From Nitrospirota bacterium (GTDB taxonomy: Bacteria; Nitrospirota; UBA9217), in contig CAWIYV010000009.1 of NCBI GenBank assembly GCA_963840455.1, positions 352,001 to 416,000 of the forward strand: a DNA stretch of 64,000 bases, given 5' to 3'. The notes beneath the pieces were generated by a model. It was not told the DNA's origin. It searched no databases and was given only the letters and a program-made list of their open reading frames with translations. Both the position numbers and the translations under genes were made by a program. This document shows, one piece after another, positions 10,446 to 21,085 of the stretch (the first letter of the stretch is position 1; the number at the start of each line of letters is the position of its first letter).

Positions 10446-11354
10446 ATGGAAGACCACAAGCTGAGAGTTTTCTGCGCAGTTGCCGAGACGAAGAGCTTCT
10501 CAAAGGCTTCGGAGCTCATCCACCTCACGCAGCCTGCAGTGAGCCTGCAGATCCAGGCCATGGAAGAGCTCTACGAGACGCGCCTTTTCGACCGTTCCGG
10601 AAACACGATCAACCTCACGCCCGCGGGCGAGATCCTGTACAAGCGAGCCAAGGAGATCCTGGCGCTCTATTCCGAGGCCCAGCAGAACATCAGCGAGATC
10701 ACCGGCGCCATCAAAGGATCGCTCTCCATCGGCGCCAGCTCCACCATCGGCAACTACCTCCTCCCGCACATCATTTCCGCGTTCAAGAAGAAGGTGCCCC
10801 AGGTCAACATCTCCCTGGTGGTGGGCAACACGAAGACCATCACGGAAAAGCTGAACGCGGGCGAGATCGACATCGCCCTGGTGGAAGGGGACGTGAGCAA
10901 GCAGCGGTTCTCGGTGGAGACGCTGCTCTCCGACGAACTGGTGGTGATCATGTCGCCTGCCCACCCTTGGGCGGAGCGCAGGAACCTCCCGGCCATCGAA
11001 CTGACCAAGGAGCCGCTTATCATGCGCGAGGAGGGCTCAGGCACGCGCCAGATCATCCTGAAGCACCTGGAGGAGCATGGTCTCAAGCTCGACCAGCTCA
11101 AGATAACCCTCGTTATGGGAAGTACCGAGGCGATCAAGGGCGCGGTGGAGGAAGGGACTGGCGTGTCCATCATGTCGGGCTGGGCCGTCCGCAAGTGGCT
11201 CAAGCTGGGGCTCCTCAAGGCCGCCACGTTCAAGGACCTCAAGTTCCACCGGAACTTCAGCATCATCTCACCCAAGCGCAACTACAGCACCCACACCGCA
11301 AGGGAGTTCCTGAACTTCCTGAAGGTCTTCCCGATCAAATCCCCGCTGTCCTGA
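10446..11354 (+). CDS. LysR family regulator (CysL/selenium-metabolism-associated type)
   Basis: HTH SFSKASELIHLTQPAVS; SIGASSTIGNY; REEGSGTR. Confidence 0.9.
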   Translation: MEDHKLRVFCAVAETKSFSKASELIHLTQPAVSLQIQAMEELYETRLFDRSGNTINLTPAGEILYKRAKEILALYSEAQQNISEITGAIKGSLSIGASSTIGNYLLPHIISAFKKKVPQVNISLVVGNTKTITEKLNAGEIDIALVEGDVSKQRFSVETLLSDELVVIMSPAHPWAERRNLPAIELTKEPLIMREEGSGTRQIILKHLEEHGLKLDQLKITLVMGSTEAIKGAVEEGTGVSIMSGWAVRKWLKLGLLKAATFKDLKFHRNFSIISPKRNYSTHTAREFLNFLKVFPIKSPLS

Positions 11355-13878
11355 TCGCCACCCGCTTCCAGTTCGACCGTTCTACCGTCCACCATCCATC
11401 CTGTCCGGACGGCGTCGCCTGCTGGAGCAGCAGCTCCGACCATGGCTGGACGTCGAGCCCGGCAGGAGACAGCCTGACGGTGATCGCCCCGTGCCGGTCC
11501 GTGCGATAGACCGTTGCCCCGTTCTCCCGGTACCGGGTCTCGGTCTCTGTTGACGGATGGTGGTAGGGGTTCCCGTCACCCACGGTGATGACCGCAGCGG
11601 CGGGACGGAAGGCAGCGACAAGATCGCCGCTGCTTGAGGTCCTACTGCCGTGGTGCGGTACCTTCACGAGGTCAACGGCGAGGTCCGGAACGTTCCGCAG
11701 CAACTCCCGTTCCCCTTCGGCGTGGATGTCCCCGGCGAACAGCAGCGTCCTTCCCGCCAGCTCCATCCTAACCACCAGCGAACGGTCATTCTCGGCGGCA
11801 TAGGCCTTCTTTGTTCGCTGCCGGAAGGTCGCGCCGGGGTGCAGTACGGTAATATGCGCCTCGCCGATGCGCATGCTGTCGCCTGCCGATACCTTTCGGA
11901 AGGGAATCCTCCGCTCTATGATGATATCCTGAAGATCCGCATATCCCGGCAGGGACCTGTCCAGGCCCGACCCCCAGACCTCGCGAACCGTGAAGTTCCT
12001 GAGCACGGCGCTCAATCCATTCATGTGGTCGGGATGCGGATGGGAGAGTATGACGAGATCAAGGTCCCTGATGCCCCGGTCCCACAGGTATGGCGCGAGC
12101 ACGCTGCGGCCGACATCGAACCGGTTGTCCCGGGTCCCGCCACCATCGATCAGGATGGTACGGCCTGCAGCGGTCTCGACGAGGGAGCAGTCCCCTTGTC
12201 CGACATCGACGAAGGTCACCTGCGATCCATGAGCCAGGAGAAGAGGGAACGCCGCGGACAGCACGATTACCGCGGCTGAAATAGCCATCGTGGCAAGAGC
12301 GAAGCGGGGCGGCAGCTTTGACGCTTCCAAGGGCCGGTACGCCGCGAAGAGGCGGGCGCGGAACCACAGGGCCGACGCGATCAACAGGCCGGCGTAGCCG
12401 ATAGCCAGCAGGGGCCCCGGCGAAGGCAGATGCACTGCCGCAAAGGGGATGCGGGCGAAGAGCGCGACCAGCGCAACGAAGGCGTCAGCGAAGAACTGGT
12501 TGACCGCTGCGAACGGCAGGGAACCGGTAAGGATCGACAGTATGCCGCTGGCCAGACCGAGGGGGACGACCACCGCTCCGGCGAAGGGAACAACGACCAT
12601 GTTCGCGGCGATCCCGGCGAACGAAATCTGATGGAAGTAGAATGCGACGAGAGGGCCGGTGACTAGTGCCGCGGCAACTGAGATGGAGAACAGCAGCAGG
12701 CCGCTGTGCAGCAGCTTCCCGGCCCGTGTATCCGGCCGGAGCTCGAGCGCATTCCAGGTGGACACGACGAATGCGATGCACAGAACGGACAGGTAGGAGA
12801 GCTGGAACGAGATATCAAAGAGGGCCCGCGGGTCCGGTACGAGCGAAATGAACGCCGCGATGCCGAGGGCGGACAGGAGGTCTTCCTCCCGGTCCAGGAT
12901 GAGGGCCGTGAGACCGGCAAGGATCATGATCAGGGAGCGGATGGTGGCGACCTGGCCGCCGGCAAGGAACGCGTAGAAGACAACGGGGATGACCGTGGCC
13001 AGCGCTGCGATCTTCCGAGGATCGGCATGGATGGTCAACCAGTGGTAGGAGCGCTCGGGCAGCAGGAACAGGGCGTTCCTCGTGAGCCAGAAGCAGATGA
13101 CGGCCACCATGCCCAGATGGGACCCGGATATGGAGATGATGTGCGTGACCCCTGCTGCCATGAAGCGCTCCCGGAGGTCCTCGGTGAGGCTGCCCTCCTC
13201 GCCGATGGTCATGGCCAGCAGGATGGCGCTGCCGTCCCCCGTTAGGCCGGCCGTCATGGCCTGCCGGATCCGCTCGCGGAGGTCCTGGATGGCGCGCAGG
13301 ACGCCGCTGCCCTGTTCAAACACGCGGACATCGGTGCCGCGACTGAGGGAGAGGACCGCATGCACGCCGTGTCGGGCCAGGTAGGCGGGATAGTCGAATC
13401 CGCCCGGGTTCCTGAACCCGCGGGGAGGATTGAGCATGCCGGAAAGCGATACCCGGTCGCCGTACCCGGCAGGGAGCGCTTCGTCCCTGACGGTCACCCG
13501 GACCGTTCCGGATGCCTCCCTGCCGTCGATGCGGTCCAGGTCGAGCTCGAAGGCCGTCCTTCCGGGATCCCGGTCCAGGGGCGAGGATATCCTGCCGGTC
13601 AGTTCATGTGCGGCGCCGTCGAAGATCGGCATCGCTCGATAATGGCGCTCCGGGAGATGTGCGGCGACGGCGACGAGGATGGCAAAGCCGGCGACAGCAC
13701 CAGCGGCCGTGAACAGCAGGTCCCTACGGCCGAGGCGGGCAGTCGCAGGAATCACGCTGCCACCGGCGGCAAGGGCGACGATAACCGCGATCGTGGAATA
13801 GGGAAAGAAGAGGAACGCCTGTCCCAGCAGGATGCCGGTGACGAGGGCAAGAGTGAGGAGGATGACGGGACGGTGCAT
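11335..13878 (-). CDS. comEC: Competence protein ComEC/Rec2
   Basis: HIISISGSH competence motif; metallo-beta-lactamase DVGQGD, SHPHPDH, VPHHGS. Confidence 0.92.
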   Translation of the reverse strand: MHRPVILLTLALVTGILLGQAFLFFPYSTIAVIVALAAGGSVIPATARLGRRDLLFTAAGAVAGFAILVAVAAHLPERHYRAMPIFDGAAHELTGRISSPLDRDPGRTAFELDLDRIDGREASGTVRVTVRDEALPAGYGDRVSLSGMLNPPRGFRNPGGFDYPAYLARHGVHAVLSLSRGTDVRVFEQGSGVLRAIQDLRERIRQAMTAGLTGDGSAILLAMTIGEEGSLTEDLRERFMAAGVTHIISISGSHLGMVAVICFWLTRNALFLLPERSYHWLTIHADPRKIAALATVIPVVFYAFLAGGQVATIRSLIMILAGLTALILDREEDLLSALGIAAFISLVPDPRALFDISFQLSYLSVLCIAFVVSTWNALELRPDTRAGKLLHSGLLLFSISVAAALVTGPLVAFYFHQISFAGIAANMVVVPFAGAVVVPLGLASGILSILTGSLPFAAVNQFFADAFVALVALFARIPFAAVHLPSPGPLLAIGYAGLLIASALWFRARLFAAYRPLEASKLPPRFALATMAISAAVIVLSAAFPLLLAHGSQVTFVDVGQGDCSLVETAAGRTILIDGGGTRDNRFDVGRSVLAPYLWDRGIRDLDLVILSHPHPDHMNGLSAVLRNFTVREVWGSGLDRSLPGYADLQDIIIERRIPFRKVSAGDSMRIGEAHITVLHPGATFRQRTKKAYAAENDRSLVVRMELAGRTLLFAGDIHAEGERELLRNVPDLAVDLVKVPHHGSRTSSSGDLVAAFRPAAAVITVGDGNPYHHPSTETETRYRENGATVYRTDRHGAITVRLSPAGLDVQPWSELLLQQATPSGQDGWWTVERSNWKRVAIRTAGI

Positions 13879-13933
13879 GGGCGGCCGGGCTGTCTCGGGT
13901 CGCGGTGCGCGCGGCAGGGGCCGCGCGAAGCCG

Positions 13934-14374
13934 CTACACCCCGATCATCGCGACGTCCTCGACCGCGGTGGTCACGACAAGGATCCTGATATTATTGCTG
14001 CTTTCGTCCACCGGTATGATGGTGAATGCCTTTTCCTCCATCGATTCGAGGAAGAACCCCTTCTGCCAGGGGATCTCGCCTTCCATGTTGCCCATAATCG
14101 TCTCGCCGTCCTTGAACTTGACGAACACCCGCTTGGAACCGGGGCGGGTGCCGGAAAAGGCCTTCTTTTCCTGATGGCCCCGTTCACCTTCGAACTTCTT
14201 CACATAGAAGATCGCCTTCAGCTCCTTGAGCCGCACCTTGAGCTGGTGGCTCGATTCGTCCTCAAGGTAAAGGTATTCCTCGGCGATCTTGAGGTCCCGG
14301 ATATAGCCTTTCAGCATCTTCCCATCGATGAACCGCAGTATGACCTTCTGGTTCTCCTGGAGCCCGTCTGCCAT
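13934..14374 (-). CDS. Conserved hypothetical protein with duplicated small beta-domain (DUF6982-like)
   Basis: Twin VxFxDG repeats, LKAIFYVK, SNNIRI; AGGAGA RBS. Confidence 0.65.
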   Translation of the reverse strand: MADGLQENQKVILRFIDGKMLKGYIRDLKIAEEYLYLEDESSHQLKVRLKELKAIFYVKKFEGERGHQEKKAFSGTRPGSKRVFVKFKDGETIMGNMEGEIPWQKGFFLESMEEKAFTIIPVDESSNNIRILVVTTAVEDVAMIGV

Positions 14375-14468
14375 GATCAGTTCTCCTCGCGCCGTCCCCG
14401 TTCGTCTCACTGCCTATCCGAGAGTGTATCACAGGATGGGAAAAAAGCAACCAGTCTGCAGCCGGAAC

Positions 14469-15818
14469 CTATCCCAGCTTGTTCCTGACCATTTCCGCCA
14501 GCTCGTGGGCATGCTTCCGGATGGTCTCCTCGTCCTCGCCCTCGAGCATGATGCGGAGCTTTGGCTCGGTGCCGGAATAGCGCACCAACAGGCGGCCGCT
14601 GCCCTCGAGTGCCTTCTCGATATCGGCCACGCGCTTCGCGATCTCCGGGACCGATGCCAGGTCGCGCTTTTCCTTCACCCGGACGTTCACGAGCACCTGG
14701 GGATAGGTGCGCATGCAGGCGGCAAGCTCCGAGAGCGTTTTCCCGTCCTGTTTCATGATGGAGAGGACCTGGAGCGAGGTGATGAGCCCGTCGCCGGTGG
14801 TGTTGTGGTCCAGGAAGATAAGGTGGCCGGACTGCTCCCCGCCGAGATTGTAACCGCCTTCGAGCATCAGCTCCATGACGTACCGGTCGCCTACTGCCGC
14901 CCGGACGAGCCGGCCTCCCGCTTCCTTCAGGGCAAGCTCGAGCCCGAGGTTGCTCATGACCGTCGACACGAGGGTGTTGTGCCGGAGCCTGCCCTGACGG
15001 ATCATGTGCAGTGCGCAAAGGGCCATCACCGCATCACCGTCTACGACCTTTCCGTTCTCGTCGCAGAAGATGGCGCGGTCCGCGTCGCCGTCGTAGGCGA
15101 TGCCGATGTGCGCCCGGTTGGCGATAACGGCGCGGGAGACCATCTCGGGATAGAGCGATCCGCATCCCTGGTTGATGTTCATGCCGTTGGGCTGGTCGTA
15201 CAGCGAGATGACATCGGCGCCGAGCTCGAGCAGGATCCGGGGCCCGATCTTATAGGCGGCGCCGTTCGCGGAGTCCACCACGACGCGGAGCCCGGCGAGG
15301 TCCATGCCGCGGGGGATCGCGGACTTGACGAACTCGTTGTACCGGCCGATGGCATCGTCGATCCTGACGGCCTTGCCGATGCCGGCGGCCGTGGGGCGGA
15401 TGTCGTCGATGGCGCCCGAGAAGATGAGCTCCTCCATCTGTGCTTCCAGCGCGTCGGGCAGCTTGAATCCGTCCTTACCGAAGAACTTGATGCCGTTGTC
15501 CTCGTAGGGATTGTGGGAGGCAGAGATGACCACACCGGCGTCCGCCCTCAGGCTCCGGGTCAGGAACGCGATGCCCGGCGTCGGGACAGGGCCCACGAGC
15601 AGCACATCGATGCCCATGGAGCAGAGCCCGCTGGTGAGGGCGCTCTCGATCATGTACCCCGAGAGCCGCGTGTCCTTGCCGATCACGACGCGATGCCGGC
15701 GCGATGAGTCGCGGAAGATATGGGCGGCGGCCCTCCCGATGCGCAGGGCCATCTCCGAGGTCATGGGATCCTGGTTTGCGACACCCCGGACGCCGTCAGT
15801 GCCGAAAAGCTTTCTCAT
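14469..15818 (-). CDS. glmM: Phosphoglucosamine mutase
   Basis: [35 protein letters not shown]. Confidence 0.96.
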   Translation of the reverse strand: MRKLFGTDGVRGVANQDPMTSEMALRIGRAAAHIFRDSSRRHRVVIGKDTRLSGYMIESALTSGLCSMGIDVLLVGPVPTPGIAFLTRSLRADAGVVISASHNPYEDNGIKFFGKDGFKLPDALEAQMEELIFSGAIDDIRPTAAGIGKAVRIDDAIGRYNEFVKSAIPRGMDLAGLRVVVDSANGAAYKIGPRILLELGADVISLYDQPNGMNINQGCGSLYPEMVSRAVIANRAHIGIAYDGDADRAIFCDENGKVVDGDAVMALCALHMIRQGRLRHNTLVSTVMSNLGLELALKEAGGRLVRAAVGDRYVMELMLEGGYNLGGEQSGHLIFLDHNTTGDGLITSLQVLSIMKQDGKTLSELAACMRTYPQVLVNVRVKEKRDLASVPEIAKRVADIEKALEGSGRLLVRYSGTEPKLRIMLEGEDEETIRKHAHELAEMVRNKLG

Positions 15819-16471
15819 GGACGCTCCTTCTGAAGGGTGATGGTAATGCTAATGTCCTGCTCGAGGACCTTGACCGGCTTGCCCTGGAAGTCGATGCGGG
15901 GCTCCACGGTCGTGTTCTCCCGCATCCCGCTCACATCGACGGGAAGGGTCTGGAGCATGGTGAACGACCCGATGATGGCTGCCGGGCCTTCGAGGGTGAC
16001 GCGGAGGGGTTTCACGGAGACGCTCCTGATGCGGTAACCCGTCGCCGGTCTTCCGGTGAGCACCGGTTTCAACTGCAGGCTCTTCCGGGCGAGCCGGTCG
16101 AGCTTCACGGCGATCTCAAAGGGATTCAGGTGGGTCACGAGAGCGCCGGACGGCCTCCTGATGTCGTCAGGGGAAAGATGGATGATGTTCTCTCCTTCCT
16201 TGCCGCGGCCGAGGTCCACGGTGCCCACCACTTTTTTCCCTGCGGCGATGTCGCGGAGCGCCCGCTCCTGGCCCTGGAGACGGATTTCGATGGTCCCCGG
16301 CACATCGCCGACCACGGCCATATCCTGGGGGATATTGCGGAGCTCCAGGGGTACGATGAGCGACATTTCGGTCTTGCCCTTGGAGGTGACATAGATCCAG
16401 AGGGTCACGGCAAGGACGAGTGACGCGAGCTTGATGGGCCAGTTCTCGAGGAATATCCTGCGGATGTTCAT
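15815..16471 (-). CDS. cdaR: CdaR/YbbR-like protein
   Basis: N-terminal TM ([15 protein letters not shown]), YbbR-like repeats, lies between cdaA and glmM. Confidence 0.8.
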   Translation of the reverse strand: MNIRRIFLENWPIKLASLVLAVTLWIYVTSKGKTEMSLIVPLELRNIPQDMAVVGDVPGTIEIRLQGQERALRDIAAGKKVVGTVDLGRGKEGENIIHLSPDDIRRPSGALVTHLNPFEIAVKLDRLARKSLQLKPVLTGRPATGYRIRSVSVKPLRVTLEGPAAIIGSFTMLQTLPVDVSGMRENTTVEPRIDFQGKPVKVLEQDISITITLQKERP

Positions 16472-16472
16472 A

Positions 16473-17270
16473 TTACGTTCTCCGCTCCTGCTTCTGCCTC
16501 ACGAAGAGGTCCGAGATCACCTTCCGGAGCCGGGGGGCGTCCAGGCTGGCGTCGATCGCTCCGTTCATGACCATCGAGATTTCCCCGGTCTCTTCGGAGA
16601 CCACCACGACCACGGCGTCCGTTTCCTCCGTGAGGCCCACAGCCGCCCGGTGGCGAGTCCCCAGGGATTTGGCGATGTTCGACGACAGCGTCAACGGCAG
16701 GAAGCAGCCCGCGGCGACGAGGCGGCCGTTCCGGATGATGGTGGCGCCGTCATGGATGGGTGAGTAGGGGAGAAAGATGCTGGTCAGGATCTCCTTGGAG
16801 ACCTTTGCGTCCAGGTTCGTCCCCATTTCCACGATGGTGGTAAGGTCGGTCTCCCGTTCGAGCACGATGAGCGCGCCGATGCGCTTGTTCGCCATGGAGA
16901 CCGAGGCCTTCACGATCTCCTCGATGAACTTAGAACTTTCGACGGGGGAGAGGGCCCGGAAGAAACGGCGTTCGCCCATCTGGGCCAGGGCGCGCCGGAT
17001 CTCGGGCTGGAACAGGATAACCGCGGCGATGACGATCTGGGACCAGAAGCTGCGGATCACCCAGTCGAGCGTGTAGAACTCGAAGGCCTGGGACGCGATG
17101 AGGGCGAGCATGATGAGGCCGAGGCCCAGGAGCATCTGGAACGCCCGGGTCCCCTTGATGATGAGCAGGAGGCGGTAGAAGATATAGTAGACCAGCGCAA
17201 TGTCCGCGGTGTCCTGGAACCACCGGTAATGCGCCAGCGCCTCGCGTATTTCGGAAAAGGTGGTGAACAT
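16473..17270 (-). CDS. cdaA: Diadenylate cyclase CdaA
   Basis: 3 TM helices, HDGA and GTRHRAA motifs. Confidence 0.94.
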   Translation of the reverse strand: MFTTFSEIREALAHYRWFQDTADIALVYYIFYRLLLIIKGTRAFQMLLGLGLIMLALIASQAFEFYTLDWVIRSFWSQIVIAAVILFQPEIRRALAQMGERRFFRALSPVESSKFIEEIVKASVSMANKRIGALIVLERETDLTTIVEMGTNLDAKVSKEILTSIFLPYSPIHDGATIIRNGRLVAAGCFLPLTLSSNIAKSLGTRHRAAVGLTEETDAVVVVVSEETGEISMVMNGAIDASLDAPRLRKVISDLFVRQKQERRT

Positions 17271-17285
17271 GGTTCGTTAAGCTGA

Positions 17286-18413
17286 TCAGCTTGCAAGATA
17301 GGTTCGTCTTACGATCGCATCCGTCATGCGGGCGACCTTCATCATATATCCGACATCGTGGACCCGGACGATGTGGGCGCCGCGCTGGATGGCCAGCGCC
17401 ACGGTGGCTGCCGTTCCCTCGACGCGGTCCCTCGGCTCCGGGATGTTCAGGACCGTGCCGATGAACCGCTTCCGCGACGTCCCGAGGACGGTGGGGAACC
17501 CGAGCGTCCTGAACTCGTCCAGCCGATCGATGATCTCGAGGTTGTGCTGGACGGTCTTCCCGAATCCGATGCCGGGATCGACCAGGATCCGTTCCCTGCC
17601 GACGCCCGCCTTCAGGGCGATTGCGGCGCTTTCCTCGAGGTAGTCCATGATCTCGCCGACGACGTCGCCGTACACGGGATTCATCTGCATGTCCCGCGGC
17701 GTCCCCTTGATGTGCATGAGCACCACGGCGGCGCCATGATCGGCAACGACCCGGGCCATGTCGGGCGAGAACCGGAGGCCGCTGATGTCGTTGACGATGG
17801 ACGCGCCCGCTGCCAGCGCCTTCCGAGCAACGCGCGCTTTGTAGGTGTCAACGGAGATCGGCACCGGAAGCTCCGCGGCAATGCGTTCGATGACCGGGAG
17901 GATCCTCCGCAGTTCCTCCTCGTCGGTCAGCGGTTCGGCGCCGGGCCGGGTGGACTCTCCACCGATGTCGATGATGTCCGCCCCCTGGGATGCCATTGAC
18001 CGCGCATGGCCCATGGCGGCGCCATGGCCGGCGAACAGCCCGCCGTCGGAAAAGGAGTCCGGCGTGACGTTCAGGACCCCCATGACATGGGTCCTGGCGC
18101 CGAGGTCGAGGAACGAATTCCTGAGGGTCAGCGGGTAATGCGAACGCAGGTAATTATCAAGGCGCGATTCGATCTGGGCCGGGAGGTGCTTGGTGAGGCG
18201 GTCGTCAGACCGGAGGAAAACGCAGAACTTCCGGATCTGCGCAGGGGACCCCGTGATGAACAGCGCCGTTGGCATGGGGAAACCGAAGCCGGGCCCCGAA
18301 GGGACCTGGGGAGACGAGCACGCCTCCCGGAGGAGGGCCGACTCCCCCGAGGACAGATCGCTGACGGTCACCGTGAGCGTGTCATACCGGTGGATCCTGA
18401 TGGCGAAGTCCAT
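17286..18413 (-). CDS. folP: Dihydropteroate synthase with N-terminal extension
   Basis: MGVLNVTPDSFSDGG, GGESTRPG, DPGIGFGK, SRKRF, RVHDV. Confidence 0.95.
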   Translation of the reverse strand: MDFAIRIHRYDTLTVTVSDLSSGESALLREACSSPQVPSGPGFGFPMPTALFITGSPAQIRKFCVFLRSDDRLTKHLPAQIESRLDNYLRSHYPLTLRNSFLDLGARTHVMGVLNVTPDSFSDGGLFAGHGAAMGHARSMASQGADIIDIGGESTRPGAEPLTDEEELRRILPVIERIAAELPVPISVDTYKARVARKALAAGASIVNDISGLRFSPDMARVVADHGAAVVLMHIKGTPRDMQMNPVYGDVVGEIMDYLEESAAIALKAGVGRERILVDPGIGFGKTVQHNLEIIDRLDEFRTLGFPTVLGTSRKRFIGTVLNIPEPRDRVEGTAATVALAIQRGAHIVRVHDVGYMMKVARMTDAIVRRTYLAS

Positions 18414-18420
18414 CGCCGCC

Positions 18421-20217
18421 TCACGCCGCGGTCGGCTGGTGATTGATGATCGCGTCGATCTCCGGAGCGTCGAGGGTCTCTTTCTCGAGGAGCGCCCTGG
18501 TCAGGGCATGGAGCGTTTCGACGCGTTCGGAGATCAGCTTTTTCGCGCGGGCATAGTTCTCCATGACGATGCGCTTCACTTCATTGTCGATCTCGACGGC
18601 AATATGTTCGCTGTAGTCCCGGTGCTGCGATATCTCGCGGCCCAGGAAAATCTGCTCTTCCTTCTTGCCGTAGGTCAGGGGGCCGAGCTTATCGCTCATG
18701 CCCCATTCGGTGACCATCTTCCGGGCAAGATTGGTGGCCCGTTCGAGGTCATTGCCGGCGCCGGTGGTCATGTGGTTCAGGGCGATCTCCTCGGCGGCGC
18801 GGCCGCCCAGGAGGATGGCGATGTTGTTTAGCAGGTGCTCGCGGTCGTAGGAGTACCTGTCTGCCGTGGGGAGCTGGAGCGTGACACCCAGGGCCATGCC
18901 GCGCGGGATGATGGAGACCTTGTGCACCGGGTCGGTCCCCGGGATGAGCCGCGCCACCATGGTGTGGCCTGCCTCGTGGTAGGCGGTGTTCTTCTTTTCC
19001 TCATCGCTGATGATCATGCTCTTGCGCTCGAGGCCCATCATGATCTTGTCCTTGGCATGCTCGAAGTCTTCGTTCTCGACCTGGGACTTGGCCGCTCGGC
19101 CGGCGAGCAGGGCCGCTTCGTTCACGAGGTTCGCCAGATCAGCGCCGGACATGCCGGGAGTGCCGCGGGCAATGGCCTCGAGGTCCACCTGGGGCGACAG
19201 CTTTATCTTCTTGGCGTGCACCTTCAGAACGCCGATCCGGCCGTTTAGGTCAGGCCGCGGAATGACCACCATCCGGTCGAACCTGCCGGGCCGGAGGAGC
19301 GCCGGGTCGAGCACATCGGGCCGGTTCGTGGCCGCGATGAGGATGACGCCGTCATTCGATTCGAACCCGTCCATCTCCACGAGGAGCTGGTTCAGCGTCT
19401 GTTCGCGCTCATCGTGCCCGCCGCCGAGGCCCGCGCCGCGGTGCCTGCCCACTGCGTCGATCTCGTCGATAAAGATGATGCAGGGTGCGTTCTTCTTGCC
19501 CTGCTCGAAGAGGTCGCGGACGCGGCTTGCTCCCACGCCCACGAACATCTCGACGAAGTCGGAGCCGCTGATGGAGAAGAAGGGTACGCCTGCCTCGCCG
19601 GCGATGGCCCGGGCCAGGAGCGTCTTGCCCGTGCCCGGAGGCCCCACGAGCAGCACGCCCTTGGGGATCTTGCCGCCCAGCTTCTGGAACTTCTGGGGAT
19701 CCTTCAGGATCTCGATGATCTCCTGGACCTCCACCTTGGCCTCGTCCATGCCGGCCACCTCGCTGAAGGTGATCTTCTTGGTGGTCTCGTTCAGGAGCTT
19801 GGCCTTGCTTTTGCCGAAGGACATGGCCTTGTTGCCGCCCATCTGCATGTTCCGGACGATGAACATGAACCAGAAGACCATGAGGATGAGAGGCGCCCAG
19901 ACCACGAGGAAGTTGTACCAGGCGGATTCCTTCACCTGCTCCGCGTTGATCCTGATGCCCTTTGTCCGGAGCTCCTTCACGAGATCGGGGTAATCGGGCA
20001 GGGTGGTCTTGAAAGACTTGCCGGTCTTGTAGTTGCCGGTCAGATCGAGCCCCTTGATCGTGACATCGTTCACCTCGCCTTTCTCGACCTTGTCCATGAA
20101 ATCGCTGAAGGGGATCTGGACCGCCGAGGGGGCGATGGGGTTGAACAGGTTGAATACGAGCACCGAAACTACGACGAACAGCAGGATCAGTGCAATGTTC
20201 TTATACATGGCGCTCAC
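18421..20217 (-). CDS. ftsH: ATP-dependent zinc metalloprotease FtsH
   Basis: 2 [24 protein letters not shown]. Confidence 0.97.
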   Translation of the reverse strand: MSAMYKNIALILLFVVVSVLVFNLFNPIAPSAVQIPFSDFMDKVEKGEVNDVTIKGLDLTGNYKTGKSFKTTLPDYPDLVKELRTKGIRINAEQVKESAWYNFLVVWAPLILMVFWFMFIVRNMQMGGNKAMSFGKSKAKLLNETTKKITFSEVAGMDEAKVEVQEIIEILKDPQKFQKLGGKIPKGVLLVGPPGTGKTLLARAIAGEAGVPFFSISGSDFVEMFVGVGASRVRDLFEQGKKNAPCIIFIDEIDAVGRHRGAGLGGGHDEREQTLNQLLVEMDGFESNDGVILIAATNRPDVLDPALLRPGRFDRMVVIPRPDLNGRIGVLKVHAKKIKLSPQVDLEAIARGTPGMSGADLANLVNEAALLAGRAAKSQVENEDFEHAKDKIMMGLERKSMIISDEEKKNTAYHEAGHTMVARLIPGTDPVHKVSIIPRGMALGVTLQLPTADRYSYDREHLLNNIAILLGGRAAEEIALNHMTTGAGNDLERATNLARKMVTEWGMSDKLGPLTYGKKEEQIFLGREISQHRDYSEHIAVEIDNEVKRIVMENYARAKKLISERVETLHALTRALLEKETLDAPEIDAIINHQPTAA

Positions 20218-20258
20218 CGATGATGACCTCCTGGGTTAACGGGGTGTTCCTATTTTTT

Positions 20259-20287
20259 ATACTAACACATTGACGCCCCTGCAGCAA
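20259..20287 (-). promoter_or_regulatory. Putative sigma70 promoter of ftsH
   Basis: On minus strand TTGCTG-N17-TAGTAT with extended -10 TG; -35 lies within the repeat element. Confidence 0.45.
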
Positions 20288-20318
20288 GCTGCGGGGTTAG
20301 CGAGCGATCCTGGATTTA
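20270..20318 (+). repeat. Miniature palindromic element, copy A (single hairpin)
   Basis: TTGAC..CCCTGCAGCAAGCTGCGGGG..CCTGGATTTA; matches copies B-D. Confidence 0.75.
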
Positions 20319-20336
20319 CGGGAAGGCTTACAACAG

Positions 20337-20882
20337 CTATCCCTGCCGCTCTTCCTGCTCATCGTAGGGCATGACGGCGATATAGGGCAGGTTCCGGTAG
20401 CGGTCCTTGTAGTCCAGACCGTATCCCACCACATACTTGTTGGGGATGCGGAACCCTGCGTAGTCCGCCTCGATCTGCACCTTCCTCCGGTCCGGCTTGT
20501 CCAGAAGGACGCAGACCTTCAGGGACTCCGGTCCCCGACCCTGCAGCATCTTCTTGAGATAGTCGATGGTCACACCGGAGTCCATGATGTCCTCCACGAG
20601 CAGGACATGCTTGCCCCGGATGTCCTCCTTCATATCGGCAAGCATCGTGACGGGGCTGCCGACCTTCGAGGAAGAGCTGGTGCAGTGGATGAAATCCATC
20701 CGCACCGATATGCGGAGCGAACGGAGCAGGTCGGACATGAAGAATAAAGCGCCCTTGAGCACGCCAACGACGAGCAGGTCCTTTTCTGCATACTCCGTGG
20801 AGATCCGGGATCCGAGCTCCTGGATTTTCCGCTGGATCTCCTCACGGGTAAAGAGCGGCTTGCCGAAATCGATCCCTACCAT
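20337..20882 (-). CDS. hpt: Hypoxanthine phosphoribosyltransferase
   Basis: GVLKGA, LLVEDIMDSGVT, VVGYGLD, YRNLPYI. Confidence 0.94.
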   Translation of the reverse strand: MVGIDFGKPLFTREEIQRKIQELGSRISTEYAEKDLLVVGVLKGALFFMSDLLRSLRISVRMDFIHCTSSSSKVGSPVTMLADMKEDIRGKHVLLVEDIMDSGVTIDYLKKMLQGRGPESLKVCVLLDKPDRRKVQIEADYAGFRIPNKYVVGYGLDYKDRYRNLPYIAVMPYDEQEERQG

Positions 20883-20965
20883 TGAACAACCTCCAAATAA
20901 TCCGTAAAGCGTCAGGGGCGAGGAGTGGGGCGACGACAGGCAGCTGTTTCCCTTATCCCTTGCCA

Positions 20966-21081
20966 TTGAAGCTCCCTGCAGCAAGCTGCAGGAAATCTTC
21001 GATCCTCAGGGTAGTATGTTCATCCTAATCGCTCGCTGACCCCGCAGCAAACTGCGGGGAATGCGCTCGCTCCTGGATTCA
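20966..21081 (+). repeat. Miniature palindromic element, copy B (two hairpins, longest)
   Basis: TTGAAGCT-CCCTGCAGCAAGCTGCAGG...CCCCGCAGCAAACTGCGGGG...CCTGGATTCA. Confidence 0.8.
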
Positions 21082-21085
21082 CGAC

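Noticed and set aside
14469-17270. c-di-AMP module (cdaA-cdaR-glmM) in a diderm as a novelty
   Set aside because: Well-known conserved arrangement, including in deltaproteobacteria-like lineages.
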